Positions 47,622 to 57,554 of a DNA stretch of 64,000 nt are shown piece by piece (the stretch's first letter is position 1; the number at the start of each line of letters is the position of its first letter). This stretch comes from Candidatus Kerfeldbacteria bacterium. GTDB lineage: Bacteria; Patescibacteriota; Patescibacteriia; SBBC01; CAIJZX01. A program made the translations under genes and the position numbers. The notes under the pieces are model-generated. The model saw nothing but the letters and a program-made list of their open reading frames with translations. It had not been told where the DNA came from and did no database searches. The stretch is from NCBI GenBank assembly GCA_016193315.1, contig JACPSJ010000001.1, positions 535,478 to 599,477 on the forward strand, given 5' to 3'.

Positions 47622-48481
47622 GACAGTCCCTCGTAGAGCCGGCTCAAATCAACCGTCAACGGCTGGTCAACCAGCGGACCCGGCCTGAGGACGGGCAGCC
47701 GGTCCTGGAGCGTCGGCCGCTCCGCGCGGTAGAACAGTCCAATTGGCAGGTCGTCGTTGGCCGACACTGCGCGCTGCCAGGCTGATGGACGATCGCTCGG
47801 GTCGTGACCAAGCTCATCGAGCTTCCGAATGCGCTCGTAGAACCAAGCGAAAGTATTGAGGCGATTGAACGTCACGCAGGGCTGAAAAACGTCGATGAAA
47901 GCGAACCCCCGATGGGCCAGTGCCCCCTGGATGAGGCCCTCGAGGTGCGGCAAATCACCGGCGAATCCACGAGCCACGTAACTGCAGTCCGCGCTAATCG
48001 CCAGGGCGATCGGGTTGAGCGGCTCGTCAGTCACTCCGGTCGGCGTGGAGACGGTTTTGAAACCCTCGGCCGACGTTGGCGAGGCTTGCCCCTTCGTCAA
48101 GGCATAGAGCTGGTTGTTCTCAACAATATAGGTCAGATCAGGATTCGACCGAATAGCGTGCAGGAAGTGCCCGAGACCTTCCCCGTAGGCCGCGCCATCG
48201 CCGCTAATGACAATCGTCTTCAGCCGATGGTTGGCCAAGGCGATGCCGGTGGCCAGGGGCACGGCCCGGCCGTGAAGCCCGTGAAAACAGTAGGCCTTCA
48301 CCCAATTGGCGCCATTGCCGGAACAACCGATATCAAAAACCACGGCCGCCTGGTGGGGGGCGATATTCGTGACGGCCAGGACATGGTTGAGAGCACTCCA
48401 CAGGGCAAAGTTGCCGCAACCCGGGCACCAGGTGGGAACGTTCGAGGTTTCAGCGCGGTGGGTCGACGGGTCGATGGTCAT
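47618..48481 (-). CDS. 2-oxoacid:ferredoxin oxidoreductase beta subunit
   Basis: WCPGCG, IGCSG, LHGRA, GDG, TKGQASPT, QPCVTFN. Confidence 0.93.
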   Translation of the reverse strand: MTIDPSTHRAETSNVPTWCPGCGNFALWSALNHVLAVTNIAPHQAAVVFDIGCSGNGANWVKAYCFHGLHGRAVPLATGIALANHRLKTIVISGDGAAYGEGLGHFLHAIRSNPDLTYIVENNQLYALTKGQASPTSAEGFKTVSTPTGVTDEPLNPIALAISADCSYVARGFAGDLPHLEGLIQGALAHRGFAFIDVFQPCVTFNRLNTFAWFYERIRKLDELGHDPSDRPSAWQRAVSANDDLPIGLFYRAERPTLQDRLPVLRPGPLVDQPLTVDLSRLYEGLS

Positions 48482-50238
48482 CGGATCAGGGCCTGGAGCT
48501 GGCCGGCCAGTTTTTCGGGTTCAAACGGTCGACCGTCGTATTGCCGGAGATGATGGTCGAACTGACGACCGGTGTGTTGCCGAATCCAGCCGGCCATTTG
48601 ACCGGATTGATTGCCTTCCACCATGACCGTGGTCCGAGCCCGGCTGAGGAGCGTGTCAACGGCCGTCGCCGGGAACGGATTGACCAACCACAAATGGAGG
48701 TGGTTCGTTTGCAGATGATAGCGTTGGGTCAGGATGGCTCGCGCTTCGCTGACTACCCCTTTCGTTGACCCCCAACTGACAATCGTCAGATCGGCCTTGG
48801 CTGGACCGACCAATGTCGGATGAGGCAGCCCCCGGAGCACCATGGCTTCTTTCCTGGCGCGGCGGTTCATTTGCGCCAGGCGGTTGGCCACGCCTTCCTC
48901 GGAAAAACCGTACCGGTCGTGTTCGTCGGAATTGGCCACGAACAGGCCGCCGGGGGTGCCGGGCAGCGTTCGCGGCGCCACGCCATCGGCGGCCGGATCG
49001 TAGCGTCGGAAGCGATCACCGGGCGGCAGTTCTTCAGACCGGCGCACCAGCCCGCGGTCGACTGGTAAAACTGTTCGAAAACGCGGCACGCCGACGTGGC
49101 TCTCGGCTAAGTATTTGTCGGTCATGATGATGATCGGCGTCTGATACCGTTCGGCCAGATCAAATGCCAACTGGGTTAGTTCAAAACACTCCTCCACATC
49201 ACCAGGCGCGAGAACAATTTTCAGAAAATCGCCTTGCGAGGCATGGAGCACCTGACGCAGATCGGCCTGCTCGGTCCAGGTCGGCAAGCCGGTTGACGGC
49301 CCGCCGCGCTGGGCTTCGATGATAACGACCCCCACCTCGGTCATGCCGGCCAGACCAACGGCCTCGGTCATGAGGGAGAATCCGCCACCAGCCGTGCCAC
49401 ACATCGCCCGGACGCCGGCGTAGGCCGCACCAATCGTTTCGTTGATCACGCCGATTTCGTCTTCGGCATGGCGGACAACCATTCCGTACGTCGGTCCATG
49501 CTCGGCCAGGAAGTGAAGAATGGTTGAGGAGGGCGTCATCGGATAAGCGGCGTAGAACTTACAGCCCGCTTGGAGAGCACCGAGGGCAATGGCCTCGTTT
49601 CCGGCCAAGTACAGCGGTGGCTCCGGTGACGGCAGCGGGTCGAGATCCCACGGGAAATGGCGAGCCGCCTCTGAATCAATGGCCTGGTAACCGGCTCGAA
49701 GCAACGCCAGGTTAAGATCGACCACGGCCTGGCCTTTAGCCATAAACAGATCTTTGACCACCGCGGCCGGAAAAGAAAAATTAACACTCAACAAGGCAAA
49801 GGTGGCGCCCAAGGCGACCGTATTCCGCATATACAACTCCCCGCCGTGGTCAACCGAGATTTGCCCGAGTGACACTGGGTGCCAACGAATATCATCACGG
49901 CCAAGCGCGGCGGGACGGAAGTCACGAAAGGAATATTCGCCCGGATCAAAGACCACGGCGCCGCCGGGACTCACTTCTGCCAAGTGTTGATCAACGGTTT
50001 CGCGATTGAGCGCCACCAGGATATTGACGGCTGCCCGCCACGCCCGGACTGGTTGTGGCGCCACGTAGACTTGATAGGTATTGTGTCCGCCTCGAATGAG
50101 CGACGGATACTCAGAGTAATCAAAAATTTGCAATCCGGCCCGCAAGCAGGTTTTGGCAAAGATGGTGCCGCTGGCCATAATGCCAAAACCGGCTTCACCG
50201 CCGATTTTCCAGCTGAACGTATTTTTCTGGCGCTCCAT
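48478..50238 (-). CDS. 2-oxoacid:ferredoxin oxidoreductase alpha subunit
   Basis: IGGEAGFG, SLIRGGHN, YPMTPSS, EDE, RGGPSTGLPT. Confidence 0.93.
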   Translation of the reverse strand: MERQKNTFSWKIGGEAGFGIMASGTIFAKTCLRAGLQIFDYSEYPSLIRGGHNTYQVYVAPQPVRAWRAAVNILVALNRETVDQHLAEVSPGGAVVFDPGEYSFRDFRPAALGRDDIRWHPVSLGQISVDHGGELYMRNTVALGATFALLSVNFSFPAAVVKDLFMAKGQAVVDLNLALLRAGYQAIDSEAARHFPWDLDPLPSPEPPLYLAGNEAIALGALQAGCKFYAAYPMTPSSTILHFLAEHGPTYGMVVRHAEDEIGVINETIGAAYAGVRAMCGTAGGGFSLMTEAVGLAGMTEVGVVIIEAQRGGPSTGLPTWTEQADLRQVLHASQGDFLKIVLAPGDVEECFELTQLAFDLAERYQTPIIIMTDKYLAESHVGVPRFRTVLPVDRGLVRRSEELPPGDRFRRYDPAADGVAPRTLPGTPGGLFVANSDEHDRYGFSEEGVANRLAQMNRRARKEAMVLRGLPHPTLVGPAKADLTIVSWGSTKGVVSEARAILTQRYHLQTNHLHLWLVNPFPATAVDTLLSRARTTVMVEGNQSGQMAGWIRQHTGRQFDHHLRQYDGRPFEPEKLAGQLQALIR

Positions 50239-50246
50239 GACGGGCT

Positions 50247-51401
50247 TCAGTCTATCACTCGCTCCACGGTTTCGGCAATCGCCGCTTCTTCATCGGCCCT
50301 GATAGTCACCACCGGCCAACCACGGGCAATCGGCACCGCCTTAATGACCTGCCGTTGAATCCACGTATTCTGGCCGACCGGGCCGGTAAACACCATGATC
50401 TTCGGCGCTGGCAGAAGCCCCAGGTAACTCGCCAGGTAGCGCTCAATATCATAGAGGTACATCGCCAGCGCCAGGCGAGCGTGCTGGCGCTGCGACCGCG
50501 ACCATCGACGGCGGGGCCAGGCCGGTATTGGATGCCCGGCGGCCGCCAGTACATCACGCACGTCGCGCAAACCCGTCAAGCCAAATAAACCAGATCGTTC
50601 CTCCAGCAAGCGGGTGACTTGCCGCGGCGACATATGGGCGCGGGTCTGAAGATAGAGCGGGATGCTCGGGTCGAGGTCGCCGGAACGAGTGCTCATCGTC
50701 AATCCTTCGAGCGGGGTGAACCCCATGCTGGTGTCGATCGGCCGGCCAGCCCGCCAGGCAGTCAAACTGTCGCCGGATCCGAGATGGAGCGTCACGGCGT
50801 TTGTCCGGCTGGGCGCCCGATGCAAACGCTGGCCAGCGCGGGTAAACGCATCGCCGTGAGAAATGCCATGGAAACCGTACTTCCGTATGTGAAAACGCTT
50901 AGCCAGGTTGAGGGGTAGGGCGTAGAGCCGGACTGCGGGCGCCAGGTGGTGGTAGAGGCCGGTATCGAATACCGCCCACTGCCGGATGCCTGGCCAGTGT
51001 TTGGTCACCGCGGCCACCCCCGCCAGGTTAGCTGGCAAGTGGAGCGGCGCCAAGGGGACAAGCCGTTGTAAACGTCGAACAATACTGGCTGATAATTTCG
51101 TGGGCAGGTACAACAACTCGCCGCCATGAACTACTCGGTGGGCGGCGATAGTCGGTCGCAGACGTCGCTGTTCGAGCAGCCGAACAATGCGATCGATGGC
51201 GGTGGGCACGGACCGAGCGACAACGGTGCTGACGACAGTCTGCCCGCGCTCGGTCAGGTGCAGTCTGGGGCGGCTATCGACGCCTTCGATCTCACCGCGG
51301 ATGATATTCTGACTGTCCTGTCGGACCAGAAACTTGACTGACGACGACCCGGCATTAAGAACCAACAGCGTTCGCTGACGATCAACGGACGACCGTGCCA
51401 T
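50247..51401 (-). CDS. ackA: Acetate/propionate kinase
   Basis: LNAGSSSVKF, HRVVHGG, APLH, YGFHGISH, DTSMGFTPLEGL.M.TRSGDLDP, DEE. Confidence 0.93.
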   Translation of the reverse strand: MARSSVDRQRTLLVLNAGSSSVKFLVRQDSQNIIRGEIEGVDSRPRLHLTERGQTVVSTVVARSVPTAIDRIVRLLEQRRLRPTIAAHRVVHGGELLYLPTKLSASIVRRLQRLVPLAPLHLPANLAGVAAVTKHWPGIRQWAVFDTGLYHHLAPAVRLYALPLNLAKRFHIRKYGFHGISHGDAFTRAGQRLHRAPSRTNAVTLHLGSGDSLTAWRAGRPIDTSMGFTPLEGLTMSTRSGDLDPSIPLYLQTRAHMSPRQVTRLLEERSGLFGLTGLRDVRDVLAAAGHPIPAWPRRRWSRSQRQHARLALAMYLYDIERYLASYLGLLPAPKIMVFTGPVGQNTWIQRQVIKAVPIARGWPVVTIRADEEAAIAETVERVID

Positions 51402-51945
51402 ACGTGCCTTGAGTTATTCCAAACGCATTGGCTTCATCGGTATCAACATGCATCCGCCAGACCGATTCCTCAGCCACTCTGACGATGACGTGATCGAAAA
51501 CACCGCCGCGTGGGTCGTCAACGCGGACCGTTACCTCCTGACCGTCACGCCATCCTGCCTCAGCGGCCTGCTTGGTAGGCATATGAAGATGCCGTTGTTG
51601 GTGAATCGCCGCCGCCACGCTGATCGATCCGGCCGGGCCAATGATGGTGATCTTAGCCGCCGCGTCGAGTTGCCCGGACGATGACAGTGGTGGCGTCAAG
51701 CCAAGCTGGCGGGCGTCCGATGACGCCAGTTCGACCTGGGTATATGGTCGGAACGGTCCGACTACGCCAACCCGCTCGAGCCGACCAGCCGGCCCCACGA
51801 GCGTCACCCGCTGGCGGGCCAGGAATTGGGGCGTCTGAGAGAGTTGGTGATCGACGGTCGGCGTGTCCGACCCGAACAGTCGCGCCCAATCAGACTGGCT
51901 GAGGTGAGCGTGTCGGGCCGAGACTTCGATCGGGACAGTTGTCAT
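51382..51945 (-). CDS. pduL: PduL-type phosphate acyltransferase (phosphotransacylase)
   Basis: EVSARHAHLS, LSQ..QF, TQVE, RHLHM, MHVDTDEANA. Confidence 0.9.
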   Translation of the reverse strand: MTTVPIEVSARHAHLSQSDWARLFGSDTPTVDHQLSQTPQFLARQRVTLVGPAGRLERVGVVGPFRPYTQVELASSDARQLGLTPPLSSSGQLDAAAKITIIGPAGSISVAAAIHQQRHLHMPTKQAAEAGWRDGQEVTVRVDDPRGGVFDHVIVRVAEESVWRMHVDTDEANAFGITQGTYGTVVR

Positions 51946-53534
51946 GCGAAAGCAAAGAGGTTATGTCCGGACATCTCGGGCGGGGTTGGCAGGCCGACTA
52001 AACTGAGTAGCGTTGGCCCGACGTCGGCCAAGACGCCGACTGGGGTCAAACTGGACAAATCGCGCATCGGCGACCGGAATCGTTGCCGGACGGCGGCGGG
52101 GAGATCATTGGCCACGACGATGAACGGTACTGGGTTGGCTGAATGTTCTTTACTCACCGCGCCCGTTTGACTATCGATCTTCGCCTCGGCGTTACCGTGG
52201 TCGGCAGTGATGATAACCAGCCCGTTAATCGATAAGGCGGCCTGGACGATCTCGCCCGCACACCAGTCGAGCGTCTCAATGGCCCGGATAGTGGCGGGGA
52301 TATTGCCAGTATGCCCGATCATGTCCGAATTGGCAAAGTTAGCAACGATCAAGGCGTACTTACCGGTATTCAGTTCCTGGACCAGTCGCTCGGTGATGCT
52401 GCGGGCGCTCATATCCGGTTTTTGATCGTAGGCAGCCACCGATGGTGAGGGAATGAGCACGCGGTCTTCATTCGGGAACGGTTGCTCAAGCCCGCCGTTG
52501 AAGAAGAAGGTGACGTGGGCGTATTTCTCCGTCTCGGCGATGTGCAGTTGATGGAGTCCGGCGTCGCTATAAACCTTGGCCAGGGGGGTGGTCACCGATT
52601 CCGGCGGGAAGGCGATGGTGACCGGCAAATCCCGTTCATATTCGGTCATGGTCACGAAGGTCACGTCCTTGAGGTACTCCGGCCGCGAGAATTTTTCAAA
52701 ACCCGGGAGGACAAACGCTTTCGTCAGCTGACGGGCGCGATCCGAGCGAAAATTGAAAAAAATCACCGCGTCGTGGTCGCTGACGGTGGCCACTGGTTTG
52801 CCGCCCGCGGTGATGACGGTCGGTACCATCTGCTCGTCGTACACGCCGCGACGGTAGGAATCCAGCACCGCTTGGAGCGGATCGGACGCCTGTGGCCCGC
52901 GGCCAGCGGTCATCGCCTGATATGCCGCCGCCGTCCGATCCCAGCGGTTGTCGCGATCCATGGCATAATACCGCCCCATGACCGTGGCGATCCGCCCCAG
53001 GCCAAGAGTCGCAATTTTATTCTGTACTTTGGCAATAAACTCTTGACCACTATTGTACGGGCTGTCGCGGCCATCAAGAATGACGTGGAGAAAAACGTTG
53101 GACAGTTTCTGGCGCTGGCAGAGTTCGAGCAGCGCGTAAGCATGTTCGTCAAAGCTGTGCACCCCCGCGGTGCTGAACATGCCGAGCAGGTGGAGGCGGC
53201 TACGGTGCGCTTTGACGGTCGTCATGGTGTCAAGAAAGGCCGGCTGGGTGAAAAAACTGCCGTCGACGATCGAGCGGGTAATGCGCGGCAAATCTTGGTA
53301 GATGGCCTTGCCCGCACCAATCGTCAGGTGGCCGACCTCCGAGTTCCCCATTTCCCCCCACGGTAGCCCCACCGCCTCACCAGACGCCTGGAGTGTCATC
53401 GTCGGGTAGGATTCTATCAGGCGGTCGAGGTTTGGCGTCTTGGCTAAGGCAATGGCGTTCCCGCGGGATGGCGGCGCGACCCCGAAGCCGTCGAGAATGA
53501 CCAAAACAGCTGGCTGGCGCTGAGGAGTAATCAT
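51942..53534 (-). CDS. gpmI: 2,3-BPG-independent phosphoglycerate mutase (copy 1)
   Basis: ILDGFG, GNSEVGH, GRYYAMDRD, FRSDRAR, ETEKYAHVTFF, DHGN. Confidence 0.95.
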   Translation of the reverse strand: MITPQRQPAVLVILDGFGVAPPSRGNAIALAKTPNLDRLIESYPTMTLQASGEAVGLPWGEMGNSEVGHLTIGAGKAIYQDLPRITRSIVDGSFFTQPAFLDTMTTVKAHRSRLHLLGMFSTAGVHSFDEHAYALLELCQRQKLSNVFLHVILDGRDSPYNSGQEFIAKVQNKIATLGLGRIATVMGRYYAMDRDNRWDRTAAAYQAMTAGRGPQASDPLQAVLDSYRRGVYDEQMVPTVITAGGKPVATVSDHDAVIFFNFRSDRARQLTKAFVLPGFEKFSRPEYLKDVTFVTMTEYERDLPVTIAFPPESVTTPLAKVYSDAGLHQLHIAETEKYAHVTFFFNGGLEQPFPNEDRVLIPSPSVAAYDQKPDMSARSITERLVQELNTGKYALIVANFANSDMIGHTGNIPATIRAIETLDWCAGEIVQAALSINGLVIITADHGNAEAKIDSQTGAVSKEHSANPVPFIVVANDLPAAVRQRFRSPMRDLSSLTPVGVLADVGPTLLSLVGLPTPPEMSGHNLFAFA

Positions 53535-55075
53535 GGGCGGAGCAGGCTTTGCCCAGTCATGGCGGTTGGGATAGGACGGCTCATGATCTGGAGAAGAGTT
53601 GGTCCGATGTCGCCGAGGGCTCCGTCAGGTCGGAGGCGAAGGGAACGTAGTTGCTCAGACACTAGATAAAGCGGCACCGGGTTGGTTGAGTGTTCTGTAT
53701 CGATTTCCTTCGTCTTCGGGTTCAGCATTTCCTCGAGGTTCCCATGGTCACCAGTGACAACGAGCAGGCCGTTGGCTGCCAAAACTGTCGTGGCCACCCG
53801 CCCCAGACAGCGATCAGCGGTTTCCATGGCGGTGACCCCGGCTTGGAGATTCCCGGTGTGCGCGACCATGTCGGTGTTAGCAAAGTTGGCCACCACTACG
53901 TCGCGCTGGCGACGGGCCACCGCTTGACAGATGACCTCAGTCACTCCGGGTGTGCTCATCGCCGGCCGCCGGTCGAAGTACCGCTCGGAAGCGGAGCGAA
54001 TCATCAGTCGCTCCTCACCGGCCACCGGATCAGCGTAGCCACCATTAAAGAAATACGTGACGTGAGCGTACTTCTCCCCTTCGGCCACGTAGAGCTGGCG
54101 CCGGTCACCCCAGACCATCGGCAGCGTATCGGTCAGTGGGACGGCCGGATAGGCGGTTAGGATGTCGCCCAAGTCAGGACCGAAATCGGTCATGGCCACA
54201 AAAAACACCGCCGGCCGTTTGGCCCGCTGAAAAGGGCCGGTCGGAGCGTTTTTATCTTCAAAATCTGGTTGGACGAACGTTTTCGCCAACTGGCGGGCCC
54301 GATCGGAACGGAGGTTGAAAAAGATGACCGCGTCGCCATCGGACATGCCCTGGTAGTTACCAATGATCGTCGGAGCTACGAACTCGTCACTCTCACCGCG
54401 ATTGTATGATTGGGTGATTGCTTCCAGGGGGTCGCTGACGTGATGGTCTGCCTGGCCATCGGTCAATGCCTGATAAGCCAATTTCGTCCGGTCCCAATTC
54501 TTGTTTCGGTCCATCGCATAGAACCGCCCCATGATGGTCGCCACCCGCGCGTCACCGAAGTGGGGCAAGAATTTCATCAGCATCTCCCGGGCATAGTAAC
54601 GTGGCGAGTCTCGGCCGTCGGTGAACAGGTGCAGAGCCACCCGGCGCAACCGGTGATTGTGAACCAGCAGCAGGAGGGCCAATAAGTGGTCTGGATCGGC
54701 GTGAGCACTCTGGTTAGTCCCCAGCATGCCCATCAGATGCAAGGTCGAGCGGTGCTGTCGGACGTGCTGAATGGCCGCTAGGAACGCGGGGTTACGGAAA
54801 AACGTTCCATCGTTAAGGCTGGCTGAGATGCGAACGTTATCCTGCATCACTCGCCGGCCAGCGCCGATGTTCATATGGCCAGCTTCGGAGTTACCATCTT
54901 GGGCCAGGCTGAGGCCGACGGCCAGGCCGCTAGCCATCAAGGTGGTCTGTGGATACCGGCCCTGCCAGCTACCAATGGTGGGTGTGTTGGCCAGCCGAAC
55001 GGCGTTGCCAGCGCCAACCGGTGCCACGCCCCAGCCATCGAGGATGACTAAGACGAGTGGTCCCGAGAAGTTCAT
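53531..55075 (-). CDS. gpmI: 2,3-BPG-independent phosphoglycerate mutase (copy 2)
   Basis: ILDGWG, GNSEAGH, GRFYAMDR, RSDRAR, EKYAHVTYF, DHGN. Confidence 0.93.
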   Translation of the reverse strand: MNFSGPLVLVILDGWGVAPVGAGNAVRLANTPTIGSWQGRYPQTTLMASGLAVGLSLAQDGNSEAGHMNIGAGRRVMQDNVRISASLNDGTFFRNPAFLAAIQHVRQHRSTLHLMGMLGTNQSAHADPDHLLALLLLVHNHRLRRVALHLFTDGRDSPRYYAREMLMKFLPHFGDARVATIMGRFYAMDRNKNWDRTKLAYQALTDGQADHHVSDPLEAITQSYNRGESDEFVAPTIIGNYQGMSDGDAVIFFNLRSDRARQLAKTFVQPDFEDKNAPTGPFQRAKRPAVFFVAMTDFGPDLGDILTAYPAVPLTDTLPMVWGDRRQLYVAEGEKYAHVTYFFNGGYADPVAGEERLMIRSASERYFDRRPAMSTPGVTEVICQAVARRQRDVVVANFANTDMVAHTGNLQAGVTAMETADRCLGRVATTVLAANGLLVVTGDHGNLEEMLNPKTKEIDTEHSTNPVPLYLVSEQLRSLRLRPDGALGDIGPTLLQIMSRPIPTAMTGQSLLRP

Positions 55076-56331
55076 TGGCCCAGTTCATCAGCAATGGCCA
55101 GCAGGCGGTTGTATTTAGCCACCCGTTCACCGCGAGCCGGAGCTCCCGCTTTGAGGTATTCCGCCCCCAGCGCGACGGCCAGGTCAACAATGAAAGGGTC
55201 GTTGGTCTCGCCGGACCGGTTACCCACCACCAGAGCGTAGCGAGCCGCCCGCGCCTTGACCGCCGTGTCGACCGCTTCCGTTAGGGTGCCAGCCTGGTTC
55301 GGCTTGATGACCACGGCGTTGGCCACATGGCTGTCGAGGCCGCGCTCGAGACGATCGGGGTTAGTGGTAAAGAGGTCGTCACCGACCAGCGTCAGCCGCG
55401 AACCGAGCTTGGCGGTTATCAGCTGCCAACCAACCCAGTCGTCTTCAGCTAAGGGGTCCTCGATTAACGTCAGGGGGTACTGCCTGAGCCACTCCTCGAG
55501 CAAACCAGCCACCCCCTCAGATGACAAGCCGGCCGGGTTTGGCGCCAGGTCGTAGCGTTCAGTCGAAGCGTTGTACCATTCGCTGGCCGCTATATCAAGT
55601 CCAAATTCTATATCGTCTGGGGTCTGGTAGCCAGCGGCGGTGATGGCTTTGATCACAAAATCAAAGGCCACGGTCGGTTCGGTCAAGGCCGGCGCGAAAC
55701 CACCTTCGTCGCCAACGGTCGTGCGGAGATGTTTGGCGGTCAGCAGCTCGGCCAACGCACGGTACACCAACGCCCCGCGTTCAATCTGTCCAGCGGCGGT
55801 CTGGCCGGTGGGCATGATTAAGAACTCCTGAATCTTTAACTCCGTATCAGCATGCCGCCCGCCATTCAAGACGTTCATCATTGGTCGAGGCAGGGCGTTG
55901 GCTGTCACCGCCGGCAGCTCATAGACCTGTTGAATCCAGCGGTAGAGCGGCTGCCGCTGGAGTGCGGCGGCAGCCCGGCTGACCGCCAGGGAAACACTCA
56001 ACAGCGCGTTCGCCCCGAGCTTTGATTTATTGACCGTCCCATCGAGCTCCACGAGTAAGCTGTCCAGACCCCGCTGCTGTCGGACGTCGAATCCTTTGGT
56101 CGCTTTGGCGATTGGCCCGGTCACATGGTCGATGGCCTTGTGCACGCCCAAGCCACCATAGTGCTTCGGTGACTGATCGCGTAACTCAAACGCTTCGTGA
56201 CTACCGGTCGAGGCGCCGGAGGGTACGGCGGCCGTGCCGCTGACACCAGTATCAAGCGTGACTGTCGTCTCAAGCGTCGGCCGGCCGCGCGAATCAAGGA
56301 TTTGTCGACTGGTGATATGCTCAATGGTCAT
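55072..56331 (-). CDS. eno: Enolase
   Basis: ILDSRG, VPSGASTG, GDEGGFAP, IEDP, GDD, KPNQ.GT, RSGET, ERVAKYN. Confidence 0.95.
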   Translation of the reverse strand: MTIEHITSRQILDSRGRPTLETTVTLDTGVSGTAAVPSGASTGSHEAFELRDQSPKHYGGLGVHKAIDHVTGPIAKATKGFDVRQQRGLDSLLVELDGTVNKSKLGANALLSVSLAVSRAAAALQRQPLYRWIQQVYELPAVTANALPRPMMNVLNGGRHADTELKIQEFLIMPTGQTAAGQIERGALVYRALAELLTAKHLRTTVGDEGGFAPALTEPTVAFDFVIKAITAAGYQTPDDIEFGLDIAASEWYNASTERYDLAPNPAGLSSEGVAGLLEEWLRQYPLTLIEDPLAEDDWVGWQLITAKLGSRLTLVGDDLFTTNPDRLERGLDSHVANAVVIKPNQAGTLTEAVDTAVKARAARYALVVGNRSGETNDPFIVDLAVALGAEYLKAGAPARGERVAKYNRLLAIADELGQ

Positions 56332-56343
56332 GAAATAAATCGA

Positions 56344-57516
56344 TTACCGAACTAACGCCCGCAGCCCCGCCAACATTTTACCCTCAAGAAATTCCACCAT
56401 CGCCCCGCCGCCGGTGGAGACGAAGGTGAAATGGCGAGCGAGTCCCTGGTCACGGATGGCATCAACAGTCTCTCCACCTCCGGCGACGCTCCGACACCCG
56501 GCGCGGGCGATGGCTCTGGCGATGGATCTCGTGCCCGTATCAAAGGGCGGGTTTTCATAGACGCCCATCGGGCCGTTCCAAACCAGAGTCGAGGCTTTGG
56601 CAATAATGCGTGAGAACAGCGAGACCGAATCCGGACCAATGTCCGCGATGACCTCATCGGGTGCAATCTTCCCGACCGGACGAACCCACGACCGAGCCCG
56701 CGGCCGAGGCTGCCCGCGCACTACCACCACGTCAATCGGAATGTGGAGGTGTTTATTCTTGACACTTAAACCGCGAGCCTTGGCCAGCATGGCCGGCTCG
56801 CTGAGACTGGCGCCAATGGCTAGTCCTTCAGCCCGTAAGATGGTGTTCGCCAACGCCCCACCAAGCAGAACATGATCAGCTTGCTGGATCAGCCGCTTGA
56901 CCAGCCCGAGCTTAGTGGAAATCTTGGCTCCCCCCAGGATAGCCACGTAGGGACGACGTGGCCGCCGCATGACTTTCTGCAGTTGATCAACCTCCTCCAT
57001 CAGATGCAATCCGGCGTAGGCCGGCCGGAGGAGCGGCAGGCGGACGAGTGAGGCGCTGGCTCGATGGGAAACCGCAAACGCTTCATTGACGAACAGATCG
57101 CCGAGCGCCGCTAAGCGTCGGGCAAAGGCCGGATTATTGTCAGCTTCGCCGGAGTAAAATCGTAGATTTTCCAGGAGGGTCACTGAGCCGGGTCGGAGTC
57201 GTTCGATCGCCAGCCGAAGAGCTGACGAACCAACACGGTCATCGAGGAATTCAACCGGCTGACGAAGTAACCGTGCCAGTGGCCTGGCCACCATCCGGAG
57301 CGAATATTCGCGATGCCAGCTCTTGGGTCGACCACGATGACTGAGCAGGATGACGGACGCCTGGTGGCGTCGCAGCCAGTCAATGGTTGGCCGACTAGCC
57401 GCCAGTCGAGTATCATCCCGAAGTCGTCCGCGACCATCGGCCGCGATGTTGTAGTCAACCCTTACGAGAACACGCTGATTCTTGACCGCCGCCGTCCGGA
57501 GATCCCGTAACCGCAT
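56344..57516 (-). CDS. pgk: Phosphoglycerate kinase
   Basis: VRVDYN, SH.GRP, LLENLRF, GGAK, WNGPMG, STGGGA. Confidence 0.96.
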   Translation of the reverse strand: MRLRDLRTAAVKNQRVLVRVDYNIAADGRGRLRDDTRLAASRPTIDWLRRHQASVILLSHRGRPKSWHREYSLRMVARPLARLLRQPVEFLDDRVGSSALRLAIERLRPGSVTLLENLRFYSGEADNNPAFARRLAALGDLFVNEAFAVSHRASASLVRLPLLRPAYAGLHLMEEVDQLQKVMRRPRRPYVAILGGAKISTKLGLVKRLIQQADHVLLGGALANTILRAEGLAIGASLSEPAMLAKARGLSVKNKHLHIPIDVVVVRGQPRPRARSWVRPVGKIAPDEVIADIGPDSVSLFSRIIAKASTLVWNGPMGVYENPPFDTGTRSIARAIARAGCRSVAGGGETVDAIRDQGLARHFTFVSTGGGAMVEFLEGKMLAGLRALVR

Positions 57517-57554
57517 AGTCAATAGTTTAGCAAAAAACTGCGACGTTGGCCACG

